The notes below the pieces were generated by a model, which was not told the DNA's origin, did no database searches, and saw only the letters and a program-made list of their open reading frames with translations. DNA of 64,000 bases, taken from contig JBBIRK010000004.1 of assembly GCA_037441845.1 (NCBI GenBank), positions 64,001 to 128,000 on the forward strand, read 5' to 3'. The translations under genes and the position numbers were made by a program. This stretch comes from Candidatus Zixiibacteriota bacterium. Lineage in GTDB: Bacteria; Zixibacteria; MSB-5A5; UBA10806; 4484-95. Position 1 is the first letter of the stretch, and the number at the start of each line of letters is the position of its first letter. Shown piece after piece: positions 21,145 through 31,615 of this stretch.

Positions 21145-21171
21145 AGCGCCCGGAAATTCCGGGCGTTTTTT
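21145..21171 (+). terminator. Rho-independent terminator after tonB
   Basis: GCGCCCGGAA/TTCCGGGCGT stem followed by a T run. Confidence 0.85.
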
Positions 21172-21239
21172 ATTTGCGGCGGTTTGATCGAAAGAAGAAA
21201 ACGATTGCTTATCACGGCGGGTTCTGGTAAAATTCGCCT

Positions 21240-21866
21240 ATGCCCATATCATTATTACGAATTTTAATGATTTCATCGTTGATTTTGCCTTTGAGTCGTG
21301 CCGCTCAACTCGAATTTTCCGCGGGTCTGGCATACGATCACCCGATAGACAAAACACTGCCGGGACTTTCCTCGGGTTATGGTTGGCAGTTCATGATCGG
21401 AATTATGCCATTTACTCGAGGAGGGATTTCGGTCAATGTCAATTCCACACTTCATAATTTCGATGCCGGAGTCAGCGGAAACAGGGTGATAGAGGGCGAT
21501 TCGCGCCGAACAGCCATAGGGATAATGGGTCATTGGCGGTTCGCCGTCATCGGAAAGACCGAATTCGAATCTTATTTGGGCGCCGGATTCAACAGTATCG
21601 GGGGAGGTGACAGCAGCGGCGGCTATGTCGAATATCCGGATGTCGATAAGGATCAAATCGGCTACAGCGGCTGGGGCTTGATATTCGGTGCAGGCATGGT
21701 TCGACCAATCGCGGCTCGCTATTATATCCAGTTCAACATTCGGGCCAATATGGTCAAATACGGCACGTATCACTTTATCGATCGGGAATTTGAAGCGTCG
21801 AAACCCGGCGATTCGATCGCCGCGAATCTCGGCATAATCTACCGCATAGACTTTTCGAGGTTTTGA
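21240..21866 (+). CDS. Small outer-membrane beta-barrel protein
   Basis: Signal peptide, alternating amphipathic strands (YLGAG, GLIFGAG), aromatic C-terminus. Confidence 0.7.
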   Translation: MPISLLRILMISSLILPLSRAAQLEFSAGLAYDHPIDKTLPGLSSGYGWQFMIGIMPFTRGGISVNVNSTLHNFDAGVSGNRVIEGDSRRTAIGIMGHWRFAVIGKTEFESYLGAGFNSIGGGDSSGGYVEYPDVDKDQIGYSGWGLIFGAGMVRPIAARYYIQFNIRANMVKYGTYHFIDREFEASKPGDSIAANLGIIYRIDFSRF

Positions 21867-21957
21867 TCGATTTAAGCGGCCTGACATGTTCGCATTATGA
21901 AACAATGGTCAATGAAATCCGTTATATAAAATAAGTAACTCTTGCCAAGGAGAGCGA

Positions 21958-22698
21958 ATGAGTGAGCAACTTGTTCAGAACGATCGGGCAGCCAAGTCCG
22001 AGGGCGGCCTCGGCTTTTGGGGAAGGTTGATCAATATCTATGTCAATCCGCGTAAAGCGTTTCAGGCGATAGATGATCGGCCGACCTGGCTGATGCCCTT
22101 GATTTTGATCGGATTGATAGCGATTTTGGCGACGCAGCTCATGTTTCCTGTAATCATGCAGAGCCAGCTGGAAAAAATCCGGAGTATGCCCAATATCCCT
22201 CCGGAACAGCTGGCGGCCATCGAGAAGCAATTCACCGAGAATTCCTCGCAGCAGAGGATTTTGACTCTGGTGTCTCAGGCCGTAGTCATGCCGATTATTT
22301 TTCTGCTTATCTCGGCCATTTTTTATTTCGTAGGATCGGTTCTGCTGGGCGGCGATACCAAATTCAAAAAAGTTCTCGCAGTATTTTGCTGGGCTTCGTG
22401 CATTTCCATTCTGGGAACGTTGGTGGTCGCCCCATTGGTCATGGCCAAGGGGAATTTCAACGTTTCGATATCGCCGGCGCTCTTGCTTCCCGGCGACAGC
22501 ATTGGGACGACGATTCATACGTTATTGTCGAAATTCGATTTCTTCACCATATGGTCGCTGGCAGTGTTCGCGCTCGGCTTTTCGATCATATATCGTTTCA
22601 GCGTCGCCAAGGGCTACATAACCGTTTTCGTAATTTGGGGAATCTGGATCGCGATAAGCACCGCTTTTGCGGGAATATTCAGTCGGTTCGGAATGTAA
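21958..22698 (+). CDS. Yip1-domain membrane protein (YknW-like)
   Basis: NPRKAF..I..RP.W N-terminal motif, FKKVL, DFFTIW, multiple TMs. Confidence 0.85.
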   Translation: MSEQLVQNDRAAKSEGGLGFWGRLINIYVNPRKAFQAIDDRPTWLMPLILIGLIAILATQLMFPVIMQSQLEKIRSMPNIPPEQLAAIEKQFTENSSQQRILTLVSQAVVMPIIFLLISAIFYFVGSVLLGGDTKFKKVLAVFCWASCISILGTLVVAPLVMAKGNFNVSISPALLLPGDSIGTTIHTLLSKFDFFTIWSLAVFALGFSIIYRFSVAKGYITVFVIWGIWIAISTAFAGIFSRFGM

Positions 22699-22710
22699 AA
22701 AGGAGAAGTC

Positions 22711-24033
22711 ATGAATTTCTGGCGCTGGGTTTCTTCGGTCGCATCTATGGTTGTTTTGGGTTTCGCTTCGGCTGGCGCCGAGGTGTATGACCTTGCCAAA
22801 TGCATACAAACCGCTCTCGAAAACAACTATGGCGTGATTTCCTCGAGAAACGCCTATGATGCCGCCCGCTGGAACGTCTGGTCCGGCTATGGTAGGATAT
22901 TGCCGCGGATTTCGATTTCGGTGGATAGGAATCGGAGTTGGTTCCCGATGACCCAATCGACCTATTATATCAACGGTATTCCGTTCACGAGCAGCCAGGG
23001 AGGCGCCCGCATCAATTACGGCAGTGACCTGAATATCGGCCAGAGTTTCGCCGGACTGGGACTCGGGTTGTATGCCGATATACGCCAGAAACATGCCCAG
23101 AAAAATTACTATTATTACAGTTATATCGATGCGAGAAGAAATCTCGTCTTGGGAGTCAAAGAGGCGTATTTCAACGTGGTCAAGGCCAGACTTCTGGTGG
23201 AGGTCGCCCAGCAGGCGGTCAAACGCGGCGAGGAGCAGCTTAAAGTGGCTCAAACCAGATATGATCTGGGTTCGGCGTCGTTTTCGGACGTGTTGAAAGC
23301 GAGAGTATTGCGATCCAATGCCAAAGTCGATCTGGTCACGGCCGAAAATAATTTGAATCTGGCCAAGGCTAATCTCAATTACATCCTTGGGGTGGAAATC
23401 ACCAGAGATATCGAGGTGACCGAGGATTTTCAGGAGCCGGATTTGCAAATCACCTATGACGGCGCGCTGGCCGAGGCGTTGCGCAATAACGCCGAGCTGT
23501 TGCGGACGAAATACGACCTCGACATCGCCAAGATGAATCTTCTGAACGCCAAGGCGCAGTTTCTGCCCGCCCTTTCTTTTAATCTTCGTTACAGCAATGC
23601 CGCCGACAAATTCGATGAGCTGATGGATTTCCGGGGATCCAATTCCTCGAGCGGTTTCGGAGTGGCGCTTACCTATTCCATCTTCAACAACTTTTCCGAT
23701 ATGGCCGGCTGGATCGCCCAGCGGAAACTGGTGAACACGCAAAAGCGCGGCCTTTCCGATACGGAAAACGCGATCGCCCTCGAAGTCAAGCAGGCTTTTC
23801 TGAACGTGCAGCAGGGAAAAGAAAAGCTGGCCTTGAACAGGGAATCGGTCGCCGCCGCTCAAGAAGATCTGAATATAGTCAAGGAAAAATACAATCTCGG
23901 CGCCGCCACCATTATCGAGGTGCTGGATGCCGAGGTTTCGTACAAGCAGGCTCAGGTGGGACAAGTGCAGGCGCTTTTCGATTATAATCTGGCCATATCC
24001 AGGCTGGAGAAAACAATGGGCAGGCAGGAGTAA
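22711..24033 (+). CDS. TolC-family outer membrane efflux protein
   Basis: ALENN, VKEAYFNV, RYDLG..S..DVL and KYNLG.AT..EVLDA repeats. Confidence 0.93.
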   Translation: MNFWRWVSSVASMVVLGFASAGAEVYDLAKCIQTALENNYGVISSRNAYDAARWNVWSGYGRILPRISISVDRNRSWFPMTQSTYYINGIPFTSSQGGARINYGSDLNIGQSFAGLGLGLYADIRQKHAQKNYYYYSYIDARRNLVLGVKEAYFNVVKARLLVEVAQQAVKRGEEQLKVAQTRYDLGSASFSDVLKARVLRSNAKVDLVTAENNLNLAKANLNYILGVEITRDIEVTEDFQEPDLQITYDGALAEALRNNAELLRTKYDLDIAKMNLLNAKAQFLPALSFNLRYSNAADKFDELMDFRGSNSSSGFGVALTYSIFNNFSDMAGWIAQRKLVNTQKRGLSDTENAIALEVKQAFLNVQQGKEKLALNRESVAAAQEDLNIVKEKYNLGAATIIEVLDAEVSYKQAQVGQVQALFDYNLAISRLEKTMGRQE

Positions 24034-24036
24034 GAT

Positions 24037-25305
24037 ATGAAGAAACGGACGAAACTGATTCTGATCGCCGGCGGCGCAACGATTCTGGTTATTTTCATAA
24101 TAATAGCCGCAGTGAAAAATCAGGAAAAATTGATACCTGTCACCGTCGAGCCCGTCGAAAAAGGTAAAATAGTTTCGGTAGTCACCGCCTCGGGCAAAGT
24201 GGAGGCAAGGGTTAATGTCAATATATCCTCCGATGTCATGGGGAAAATAATCAATCTGCCGGTGGTCGAGGGACAGCAGGTGGAGAAAGGCGACCTGTTG
24301 GTGGAAATCGACCGGACGCAAAGTCTGGCAGAGGTGGACCAGATGCGGGCGATGTTGGCCTCGGCGAAAATCGAACTCGAGCATGCCCAGATCAATTTCG
24401 ATCGGCAAAAACAACTTTACGAACGAAAGCTGATTTCACAGGCGGAATTTGATCTGGCGCGAAATGCGCTCGATAGGTCGGTCCAGGTGGTCAAGCAATA
24501 TTCCGCCAATCTCGATCGCGCCATCGATCAGCTGGAGAAATATACGATCAGGGCGCCGGTTTCGGGAACGATAACCAGCCTTAATTCCAAACTGGGGGAA
24601 AACGTAATTTTGGGCACCATGAATAATCCCGGGACGGTGATCATGGTGATTTCCGATCTTTCGGCGATCGTCATAAAGGCAAATGTCGATGAGACCGATA
24701 TAGCCTCATTGGCCCTGAACCAGGATGTCGATATCGCTTTGGATGCCTACCCCGATACGATTTTCAAGGGGAAAGTCATCGAGATCGGCAACGCAGCCAA
24801 ATCCAGCGTTTTCGGGACGCAGGACCAGGTGACCAATTTCGAGGTGACCATCCTGATCAGCGACACCATACCCGGAATCAAGCCGGGAATGAACGCCTCG
24901 GTTGACATAACCACAAACGTGCGCGATAACGTTCTGAAAATTCCGATACAGGCAGTGGTTATGCGTTCCCCCGAGGACACGGTAACCGCCGCAAAAGGGG
25001 GATCGAAAACGATCGCCATGGCTGCCGAAGAAGAAGGAGCACCGAAGCGGGAGAAGTCAAGCCGAATCGACCGCGGCGATGAAATCTACGGTGTCTTTTT
25101 GGCCGAAAATAAAAGCGCTCGTTTCGTCCCCGTGAAGACGGGGATCTCCGACCAGCAATATATCGAAGTGATAGCCGGCCTTAGTGAGGGACAGAAAATA
25201 GTGACCGGTACCTATAAGACGCTGCGCACTCTGAAGAGCGGTGACAAGATCAAACCCAAAGAAAAGAACTTCAAGGAATCGCATACGGCCGCCGGACAAT
25301 CATAA
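24037..25305 (+). CDS. Efflux periplasmic adaptor (MacA/HlyD-like)
   Basis: N-terminal TM, V.EGQ.V.KGD lipoyl motif, IRAPVSG, VDETDI, KPGM. Confidence 0.93.
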   Translation: MKKRTKLILIAGGATILVIFIIIAAVKNQEKLIPVTVEPVEKGKIVSVVTASGKVEARVNVNISSDVMGKIINLPVVEGQQVEKGDLLVEIDRTQSLAEVDQMRAMLASAKIELEHAQINFDRQKQLYERKLISQAEFDLARNALDRSVQVVKQYSANLDRAIDQLEKYTIRAPVSGTITSLNSKLGENVILGTMNNPGTVIMVISDLSAIVIKANVDETDIASLALNQDVDIALDAYPDTIFKGKVIEIGNAAKSSVFGTQDQVTNFEVTILISDTIPGIKPGMNASVDITTNVRDNVLKIPIQAVVMRSPEDTVTAAKGGSKTIAMAAEEEGAPKREKSSRIDRGDEIYGVFLAENKSARFVPVKTGISDQQYIEVIAGLSEGQKIVTGTYKTLRTLKSGDKIKPKEKNFKESHTAAGQS

Positions 25306-25325
25306 CTGATCCAGTTGGAGGAAAA

Positions 25326-26018
25326 TTGCTGATAGACACGAGGAATATCTGGAAAACATATCAAATGGGATCGGAATCGATCCATGCCCTACGCGACGTA
25401 ACCATTCAAATCGAACGAGGTGAATACGTCGCCATAATGGGGCCCTCCGGATCGGGGAAATCGACCTTGATGAACCTGATCGGCTGTTTGGATACCCCAT
25501 CGCAGGGGGAATATTACTTGAACGGCAAGTTGGTCTCCGCCATGAACGACGATGAACTCGCTCATATAAGAAATAAAGAGATCGGGTTCGTTTTTCAGAC
25601 GTTCAATCTTCTACCGCGTGCCACCGCTCTGCACAATGTCGAGTTACCCCTGATTTACAACGGAACGCCTTCCGCGGAAAGGATTCGGCGTGCCCGCGCC
25701 GCGCTCGATATGGTGGGGCTTTCCGATAGAATCGGGCACAAGCCGAACGAGCTATCGGGAGGTCAAAGACAAAAAGTCGCCATAGCCCGCGCCCTTGCGA
25801 ATAACCCATCGCTGATTCTGGCCGACGAACCCACCGGCAATCTCGATTCGAAATCCGGCGCCGATATCATGTCCTTGCTTACCGAATTGAACCGTGCCGG
25901 CAACACGATCTTGGTGGTCACTCATGAGCGCGAAGTCGCGCATTATACCAATCGAATCATTTACCTTCGCGACGGAAAAATAGAAAAGGAAGAACGCCAG
26001 GTCGGCTTGAAAGCGTGA
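25326..26018 (+). CDS. ABC transporter ATP-binding protein (MacB/LolD type)
   Basis: [37 protein letters not shown]. Confidence 0.95.
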   Translation: MLIDTRNIWKTYQMGSESIHALRDVTIQIERGEYVAIMGPSGSGKSTLMNLIGCLDTPSQGEYYLNGKLVSAMNDDELAHIRNKEIGFVFQTFNLLPRATALHNVELPLIYNGTPSAERIRRARAALDMVGLSDRIGHKPNELSGGQRQKVAIARALANNPSLILADEPTGNLDSKSGADIMSLLTELNRAGNTILVVTHEREVAHYTNRIIYLRDGKIEKEERQVGLKA

Positions 26019-26019
26019 T

Positions 26020-27267
26020 GTGATGCCGCCGAAGTTTTCCGGAGTCTTGCACGAGCTTTTGGAAGGTATGTTGATCGCATTCCGGGCGATCCGAGCCAAC
26101 AAGCTCAGGTCGTTTTTGACTTTGATAGGTGTAGTGATCGGGGTGGCTACGGTGATAGCCGTGGTATCGGTAATCAACGGAATGAACAATTACGTATCGA
26201 ACAAGATCAACTCCATGGGATCATCCACGTTCATCGTGGACCGCTTCGGATTGATAACTTCGGAGGACGATTATTTCAAGGCGCTGAGGCGCAAAAAGCT
26301 GACGCTTAAGGATCTCGATGCTATAAAGCGTTATTGCTCGGATTGTATTGATGCCGGCGCGCACGCGGAGATGCAGGTCAAAGTTAAGTATGGTTCTCAA
26401 TATCTCGAAGATGTCTGGGGGTTCGGCGCTACCGCCAACTTCATCGAAATTTCCGATATCGACGTCGCCTCGGGCAGGGGATTCACCGACGATGATGATC
26501 GTCACCGCCGCGCCGTATGCGTAATCGGCCCCGATATCGCCGAAAACCTTTTCCACGGCAAAGATCCACTCGATAAGGACATAAAAGTCGATCACTATTA
26601 TCTTCGGGTGATCGGCGTCGGCACAAAACGCGGTTCTTTCCTCGGCCAGAATCAGGATTATTGGGTCGCCATGCCGTTCAGAACTTTTTCCAAATACTAT
26701 GGGAAACGTCTGGATTTGACGCTGCATATTCGGGCTGCTTCAGTCTCTACCATGGAAGAAGCTCAAGATCAGGTCAGGCTGATTTTACGCAATCGCCGCG
26801 GCGATAAATATAAGGATCCCGATAGTTTCGGCATCTTTACGGCCGCCTCGCTTATGGAGCTTTACAACAATTTCACCTCGACGGCCTGGATCGTGTTAAT
26901 AGGCGTTTCGAGCATATCGCTGGTGGTCGGCGGAATAGTCATAATGAATATAATGCTGGTCAGCGTCACCGAAAGAACCCGCGAAATCGGCATCAGAAAA
27001 GCGATCGGCGCCCGTAGAAAGGATATCCTCTGGCAATTTTTGGTGGAATCGGTAAGCCTTTCCGCGTTGGGCGGCATAATCGGAATCCTTTTGGGGGTAG
27101 GTATGGCTTTGATTATAGGCAAATTTTCACCTCTACCGGCGGCCATTGAAGCCTGGGCAGTAATCGCCGGGCTCTTGATAGCAAGTTCGGTAGGTATATT
27201 TTTCGGTCTTTTTCCCGCAGTCCGGGCGGCGCGTCTCGATCCGGTCGAATGTTTGAGGTATGAATAA
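26020..27267 (+). CDS. ABC permease, MacB/FtsX family
   Basis: KLRSFLTLIGVVIGV, GGIVIMNIMLVSVTERTREIGIRKAIGA, LDPVECLRYE. Confidence 0.95.
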   Translation: MMPPKFSGVLHELLEGMLIAFRAIRANKLRSFLTLIGVVIGVATVIAVVSVINGMNNYVSNKINSMGSSTFIVDRFGLITSEDDYFKALRRKKLTLKDLDAIKRYCSDCIDAGAHAEMQVKVKYGSQYLEDVWGFGATANFIEISDIDVASGRGFTDDDDRHRRAVCVIGPDIAENLFHGKDPLDKDIKVDHYYLRVIGVGTKRGSFLGQNQDYWVAMPFRTFSKYYGKRLDLTLHIRAASVSTMEEAQDQVRLILRNRRGDKYKDPDSFGIFTAASLMELYNNFTSTAWIVLIGVSSISLVVGGIVIMNIMLVSVTERTREIGIRKAIGARRKDILWQFLVESVSLSALGGIIGILLGVGMALIIGKFSPLPAAIEAWAVIAGLLIASSVGIFFGLFPAVRAARLDPVECLRYE

Positions 27268-27448
27268 GCGGAATTTAGGCAAATGGATTTTGGTCTTATT
27301 GGCCCTGATAGCGATCTATCAGTGGCTGAAAGGCCCGATCAACACGTTCAACACGATCGTATTTGCGGCAACCTTGATATTGCTCTGGGTTCTTTTCGAG
27401 GTAGCCTACTCGCTGGGCCGCAAAGAAAAAGATGCTGAAAGTAGTTGA
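27260..27448 (+). CDS. Small two-TM protein between the permease genes
   Basis: 62 aa, two hydrophobic helices, overlaps both neighbouring permeases and fills the whole gap. Confidence 0.6.
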   Translation: MNKRNLGKWILVLLALIAIYQWLKGPINTFNTIVFAATLILLWVLFEVAYSLGRKEKDAESS

Positions 27449-28676
27449 AATAAAAGAGGGGATATTTCTTGCGCTCGGCACTTTCCGGGCGCATAAGATG
27501 CGTTCCTTCCTCACAATCCTCGGTGTATTGATAGGGGTATGCTCGATTATCGGTATGGTATCACTGATCGAGGGTTTGAACGAATCCATGGCCAAACAGA
27601 TCGAAAACCTCGGGTCAAGCGTGATTTACGTCAGCAAATACAAACCCGGCATAGTGATGGGAAACCGCAGCTCCTCCGAACGCAACCGGCCGCCGATTAC
27701 TTATGAGGATGCTTTGGCTATAAAGCGCTATTGTCCGGCGGTCATCGGCGTGGCTCCGCAGAATTACTATCATCGACGGGGTGGCAATCTGGTAAAGTAC
27801 AGGGAAAATCAAGCCAACCGTCCGGCCTTTTTCGGCACTTTGCCAGATTACGAGACCGTCAACAATTCGTTCGTAGAAACCGGGAGGTTCATAACCGAAA
27901 GCGACGAAAACGCGAGAGCATATGTATGCGTTATCGGTAAGGATATCGAGGAGGCTTTGTTTCCCGGGATAGATCCCATCGGCAAAATAATTCAGGTCAA
28001 CGATGATAAATTCATGGTTATCGGGGTGATGGAGAAACGGGAGACCATCGTCGGTTCCCGCGAGAATAATTTCGTTCTGATACCATATAACACTTTCAAG
28101 AAGATTCATCCGGAGGAAAAAGAGCTGTGGTTATCGGTGAAAGCCCGCGGACCGGCTTATATGCAGGAGGCGATCGATCAGATCACGGACCTGATGCGTC
28201 GACGACACGGACTGCGTTATAATCAGGAAGATGATTTCGCCGTGTTCACTCAGGAGAGCCTGATGGATATCTGGAGATCCCTGACTCAAGCGGTATGGCT
28301 GGTCATGATTGTCATATCTTCGATAGGGCTGCTTGTGGGCGGCGTGGGCGTCATGAATATAATGCTCGTTTCTGTAACCGAACGTACCCGCGAAATCGGT
28401 ATCCGCAAGGCCGTGGGAGCCAGGCGGGCCACTATTCTTTGGCAATTCTTGATCGAGGCGATGGTGCTGTCGGGGATCGGCGGCGTTCTCGGAATAATCG
28501 GAGGAATCGTGCTGTCTCAATTCATCGCCTTGGTTTCGCCCCTGCCTGCCGTCATTTCGGTGCCCTGGGTGATAATCGGTTTTTGTTTTTCGGTTGCGGT
28601 GGCTTTGGTTTTCGGTATCTATCCTGCGGCCCGCGCCTCCCGTCTGGACCCGATCGAATGTTTGCGCTACGAATGA
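27432..28676 (+). CDS. Second ABC permease, MacB/FtsX family
   Basis: KMRSFLTILGVLIGV, GGVGVMNIMLVSVTERTREIG, LDPIECLRYE. Confidence 0.95.
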   Translation: MLKVVEIKEGIFLALGTFRAHKMRSFLTILGVLIGVCSIIGMVSLIEGLNESMAKQIENLGSSVIYVSKYKPGIVMGNRSSSERNRPPITYEDALAIKRYCPAVIGVAPQNYYHRRGGNLVKYRENQANRPAFFGTLPDYETVNNSFVETGRFITESDENARAYVCVIGKDIEEALFPGIDPIGKIIQVNDDKFMVIGVMEKRETIVGSRENNFVLIPYNTFKKIHPEEKELWLSVKARGPAYMQEAIDQITDLMRRRHGLRYNQEDDFAVFTQESLMDIWRSLTQAVWLVMIVISSIGLLVGGVGVMNIMLVSVTERTREIGIRKAVGARRATILWQFLIEAMVLSGIGGVLGIIGGIVLSQFIALVSPLPAVISVPWVIIGFCFSVAVALVFGIYPAARASRLDPIECLRYE

Positions 28677-28766
28677 AACTATCGCCGATTCGCCATCACC
28701 TTGCCGAACGGCTTACGAAACAATTGCCATCGAGCGCTGGTTATGTTAAAATGGAACGAATCGACG

Positions 28767-30110
28767 ATGAAACCGAATTGTCTTAAACTGATGTTGCCGG
28801 CATTGGCGGCGGTCATTTTGACCAACGGCTTTTGCGAGGCGCAGGTGGGGTTGCAGCCGCGCGCCATATATGTTGACTTTGCCACGTTCGCCTCGGACAG
28901 CGCCGGCTATTCTGCATTTCATATATATTACCAAATATATACGTCGCAGTTGCTTTACGCCCGTCAGAGAGGCAATTTCATCGCCCGCTATTCGGTGAGC
29001 GCGGTTATCAAGAAAGGGAAAAAGCAAGTCACCAGCTCGGAGGTGGACGGCCTGCTCAAAGAGGAGTCATACGAAAAGACGATCGGACAGCGCGATTTCG
29101 TTATCAACGGCTTTTCCTATTTGTTGCCTCCCGGCAGATATCAGGTAACCATCACCCTGCGCGATCTGAATGCCGATAACAGCGTCCCCTTGACCGCTGA
29201 AATCACCATTCCCGAGTATCGGACCAAATCGCCTCAATTTTCCTCTCTGCTTTTCGCCCGTCAGATTATTTCCGAAACCGAGATAGCCGGCCAGGATTCG
29301 CTGTCGTCTAGATTCATTCCCGCTATATTCGCCATAGATACATTGCGGGTTTTGCCGTCGTGTTCGCGGATTTTCGGAGACGAAAACAATCTGCTGAGAG
29401 TTTATGCGGAATATTATGATCCGAACACCGCCGCCGATTCCATTCGCTTTGCCTATGAAATCAAAGATATGAAAGGGAACCTCGTCTATCAACAGACGTC
29501 CGTTTCGCCGTGGGCTGTCGGTCGTCCCCTGATTAAAGAAATCGAACTTGAGCATTTCAAGCCGGGGCCGTATGAATTGATACTAAATGCGGTCGATTCC
29601 AAAGATAGGAAATTAGCCTCTGTCGGCGGCCGTTTCAGAGTAAGCTGGTCGGCTCTGGCGCTGGTCAAAAACGATTTCGAGGGCGCTCTCGAGCAGTTAC
29701 GTTATATAGCCACCTCGACCGAAATAGAAGCGTTGAAAAAAGCGCCGGAAAGCGACCGAATCAAGGCATGGAACGATTTCTGGAAAAGCAAGGATCCCAG
29801 CCCGGGCACGGAGGAGAACGAAATTCGCGACGAATATTATCGCAGGATCGCCTATGCCAATGAGCATTACTCGTTGCCCAGCAAAGAAGGGTGGAGGACC
29901 GATGCGGGGATGGTGTATATCACCTACGGCGAACCCGATGAGATCGAGCGGCATCCTTTCGATATAGAGAGCAAACCGTATGAATTATGGTACTATTACA
30001 ACCCCCGGCGGACTTTTTTGTTCGTTGATATCAACGGATATGGGGAGTATGTATTGCAGTATCCGTATGATGGCGATATTCAGAAATTTCGGAATAGCGG
30101 AGGGCGATGA
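28767..30110 (+). CDS. Secreted GWxTD domain protein
   Basis: Signal peptide. FWKSKDPSP.T.ENE, YYRRIAYAN, GWRTDAG.VYI.YG.PD. Confidence 0.9.
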   Translation: MKPNCLKLMLPALAAVILTNGFCEAQVGLQPRAIYVDFATFASDSAGYSAFHIYYQIYTSQLLYARQRGNFIARYSVSAVIKKGKKQVTSSEVDGLLKEESYEKTIGQRDFVINGFSYLLPPGRYQVTITLRDLNADNSVPLTAEITIPEYRTKSPQFSSLLFARQIISETEIAGQDSLSSRFIPAIFAIDTLRVLPSCSRIFGDENNLLRVYAEYYDPNTAADSIRFAYEIKDMKGNLVYQQTSVSPWAVGRPLIKEIELEHFKPGPYELILNAVDSKDRKLASVGGRFRVSWSALALVKNDFEGALEQLRYIATSTEIEALKKAPESDRIKAWNDFWKSKDPSPGTEENEIRDEYYRRIAYANEHYSLPSKEGWRTDAGMVYITYGEPDEIERHPFDIESKPYELWYYYNPRRTFLFVDINGYGEYVLQYPYDGDIQKFRNSGGR

Positions 30111-31501
30111 TGTCAAGAGTCATGATTTTGTCCGCTGTCCTGGTGGTACTGTTGGCGGCCGAACAGTCGATTTCCCAAAATCTGTTCGTGGCGGCGGATT
30201 ATTCATGTTATAAATATTCCGATGATTCGGAGCTTTCCCACGTCGAAATCACCTACAGCTTTTTGAGAAATCAATTCAAATTTCAACCGGATTCCACGGG
30301 GTTCCACGCCCATCTCGAAATGACGGCGGTGATCCGCGATTCGGTCGGAGGACTGGTCGATTCGAACTCCTGGCCGGCGGGCATCCATGTAGGTTCCCTT
30401 ATCGAGGCCAATATCCCGAATTATTTGACGAATGATATCGTTACCGCCCAGCTGAAACCGGGTGATTATCGGTTCAGCTTGACAGTAAGGGATATCTATT
30501 CGGAATCGATCGGAAAAATCGATATGCCGATTTCCGTCCCGGCGTTCACATCCTCGCGATTGGAGTTGTCGGACCTGGAGTTCGTCTATCGGTTTCTCGA
30601 ACCTGACGGAAGCCGGTTTGTAAGGGGGAATAGAAAGATAATACCGAATACGCGAAAAATATTTTCTCAGGACGATACAGTCGCCTATATATATGCCGAA
30701 TCTTATAATCTCGATTCTGCTTTACAAAGATGCAATCTGGTCATGCGGATTTTCGACGCCGGTGGAATCATCTATAAAGAAATCCCTTTCGCTCTCGACA
30801 CTAAGGGGAACAGATCGGCCGTAATCCTGACGGGCATGAATATTTCTGCTTTCCGCCCCGGAACATATACTCTTCAGCTTGCCGCTTATGCAGGATCCGA
30901 CACGGCCGTTACCGAGAAAAATTTCGATATATTACCCGGCAAAACCGCCTGGGAAAAGGCGATCGAACATGAGGAACTCGCTGATTTCCCGGAGGCCATC
31001 GTTATCCGCAATGAACAAGATGCCAGAAAAGTCCGCGAGGAAATCCTGTATATCGCCACCAGGGACGAGTTGAAACAGTTCGAGAGTCTCAATCTCGAGG
31101 GAAAAAACAACTTTATCCGCAGTTTCTGGCAACGCCGCGATCCCGACCCTGCCACTCCCATAAATGAAAACAAAATCGAACATTATCGCCGCCTCAAATA
31201 CGTGAATTCCGCCTTCTCGACTTTCCGCGATTCGGGAAACGAACCGAACGGCTGGAAAACCGATATGGGGAGGGTTTACATCGTGTACGGCCCCCCGAGC
31301 GACGAGGAGAATTACCCATCGGCTATGGGAGAAATACCCTGGAAAAAATGGAATTACGATAGAATCGAGGGCGGCGTATTTTTCATATTTATCGACGAGT
31401 CGGGATACGGAAATTACCGACTGATCCATTCGACGGCCAAAGGAGAGCCCAAGGATAACAACTGGGAGCTCCGACTGAAACCATCGACACCGGTGAGATG
31501 A
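30107..31501 (+). CDS. Second secreted GWxTD domain protein
   Basis: Signal peptide. FWQRRDPDPAT.INE, HYRR, GWKTDMGRVYIVYGPP. Confidence 0.9.
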   Translation: MMSRVMILSAVLVVLLAAEQSISQNLFVAADYSCYKYSDDSELSHVEITYSFLRNQFKFQPDSTGFHAHLEMTAVIRDSVGGLVDSNSWPAGIHVGSLIEANIPNYLTNDIVTAQLKPGDYRFSLTVRDIYSESIGKIDMPISVPAFTSSRLELSDLEFVYRFLEPDGSRFVRGNRKIIPNTRKIFSQDDTVAYIYAESYNLDSALQRCNLVMRIFDAGGIIYKEIPFALDTKGNRSAVILTGMNISAFRPGTYTLQLAAYAGSDTAVTEKNFDILPGKTAWEKAIEHEELADFPEAIVIRNEQDARKVREEILYIATRDELKQFESLNLEGKNNFIRSFWQRRDPDPATPINENKIEHYRRLKYVNSAFSTFRDSGNEPNGWKTDMGRVYIVYGPPSDEENYPSAMGEIPWKKWNYDRIEGGVFFIFIDESGYGNYRLIHSTAKGEPKDNNWELRLKPSTPVR

Positions 31502-31615
31502 CACCGGCCCTTGCGGCTTCGATGTCTGGTGTTCAAAGCATGATCGATTGGGCAATTTCGTCCGCCTGCTTTTTTATATTGCTTAAAGTTCGATTAATTA
31601 TATCTTCAGCTTCCG

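Noticed and set aside
22522..24414. 630-aa minus-strand ORF
   Set aside because: Antisense shadow of tolC and the adaptor gene, with no recognisable motifs.
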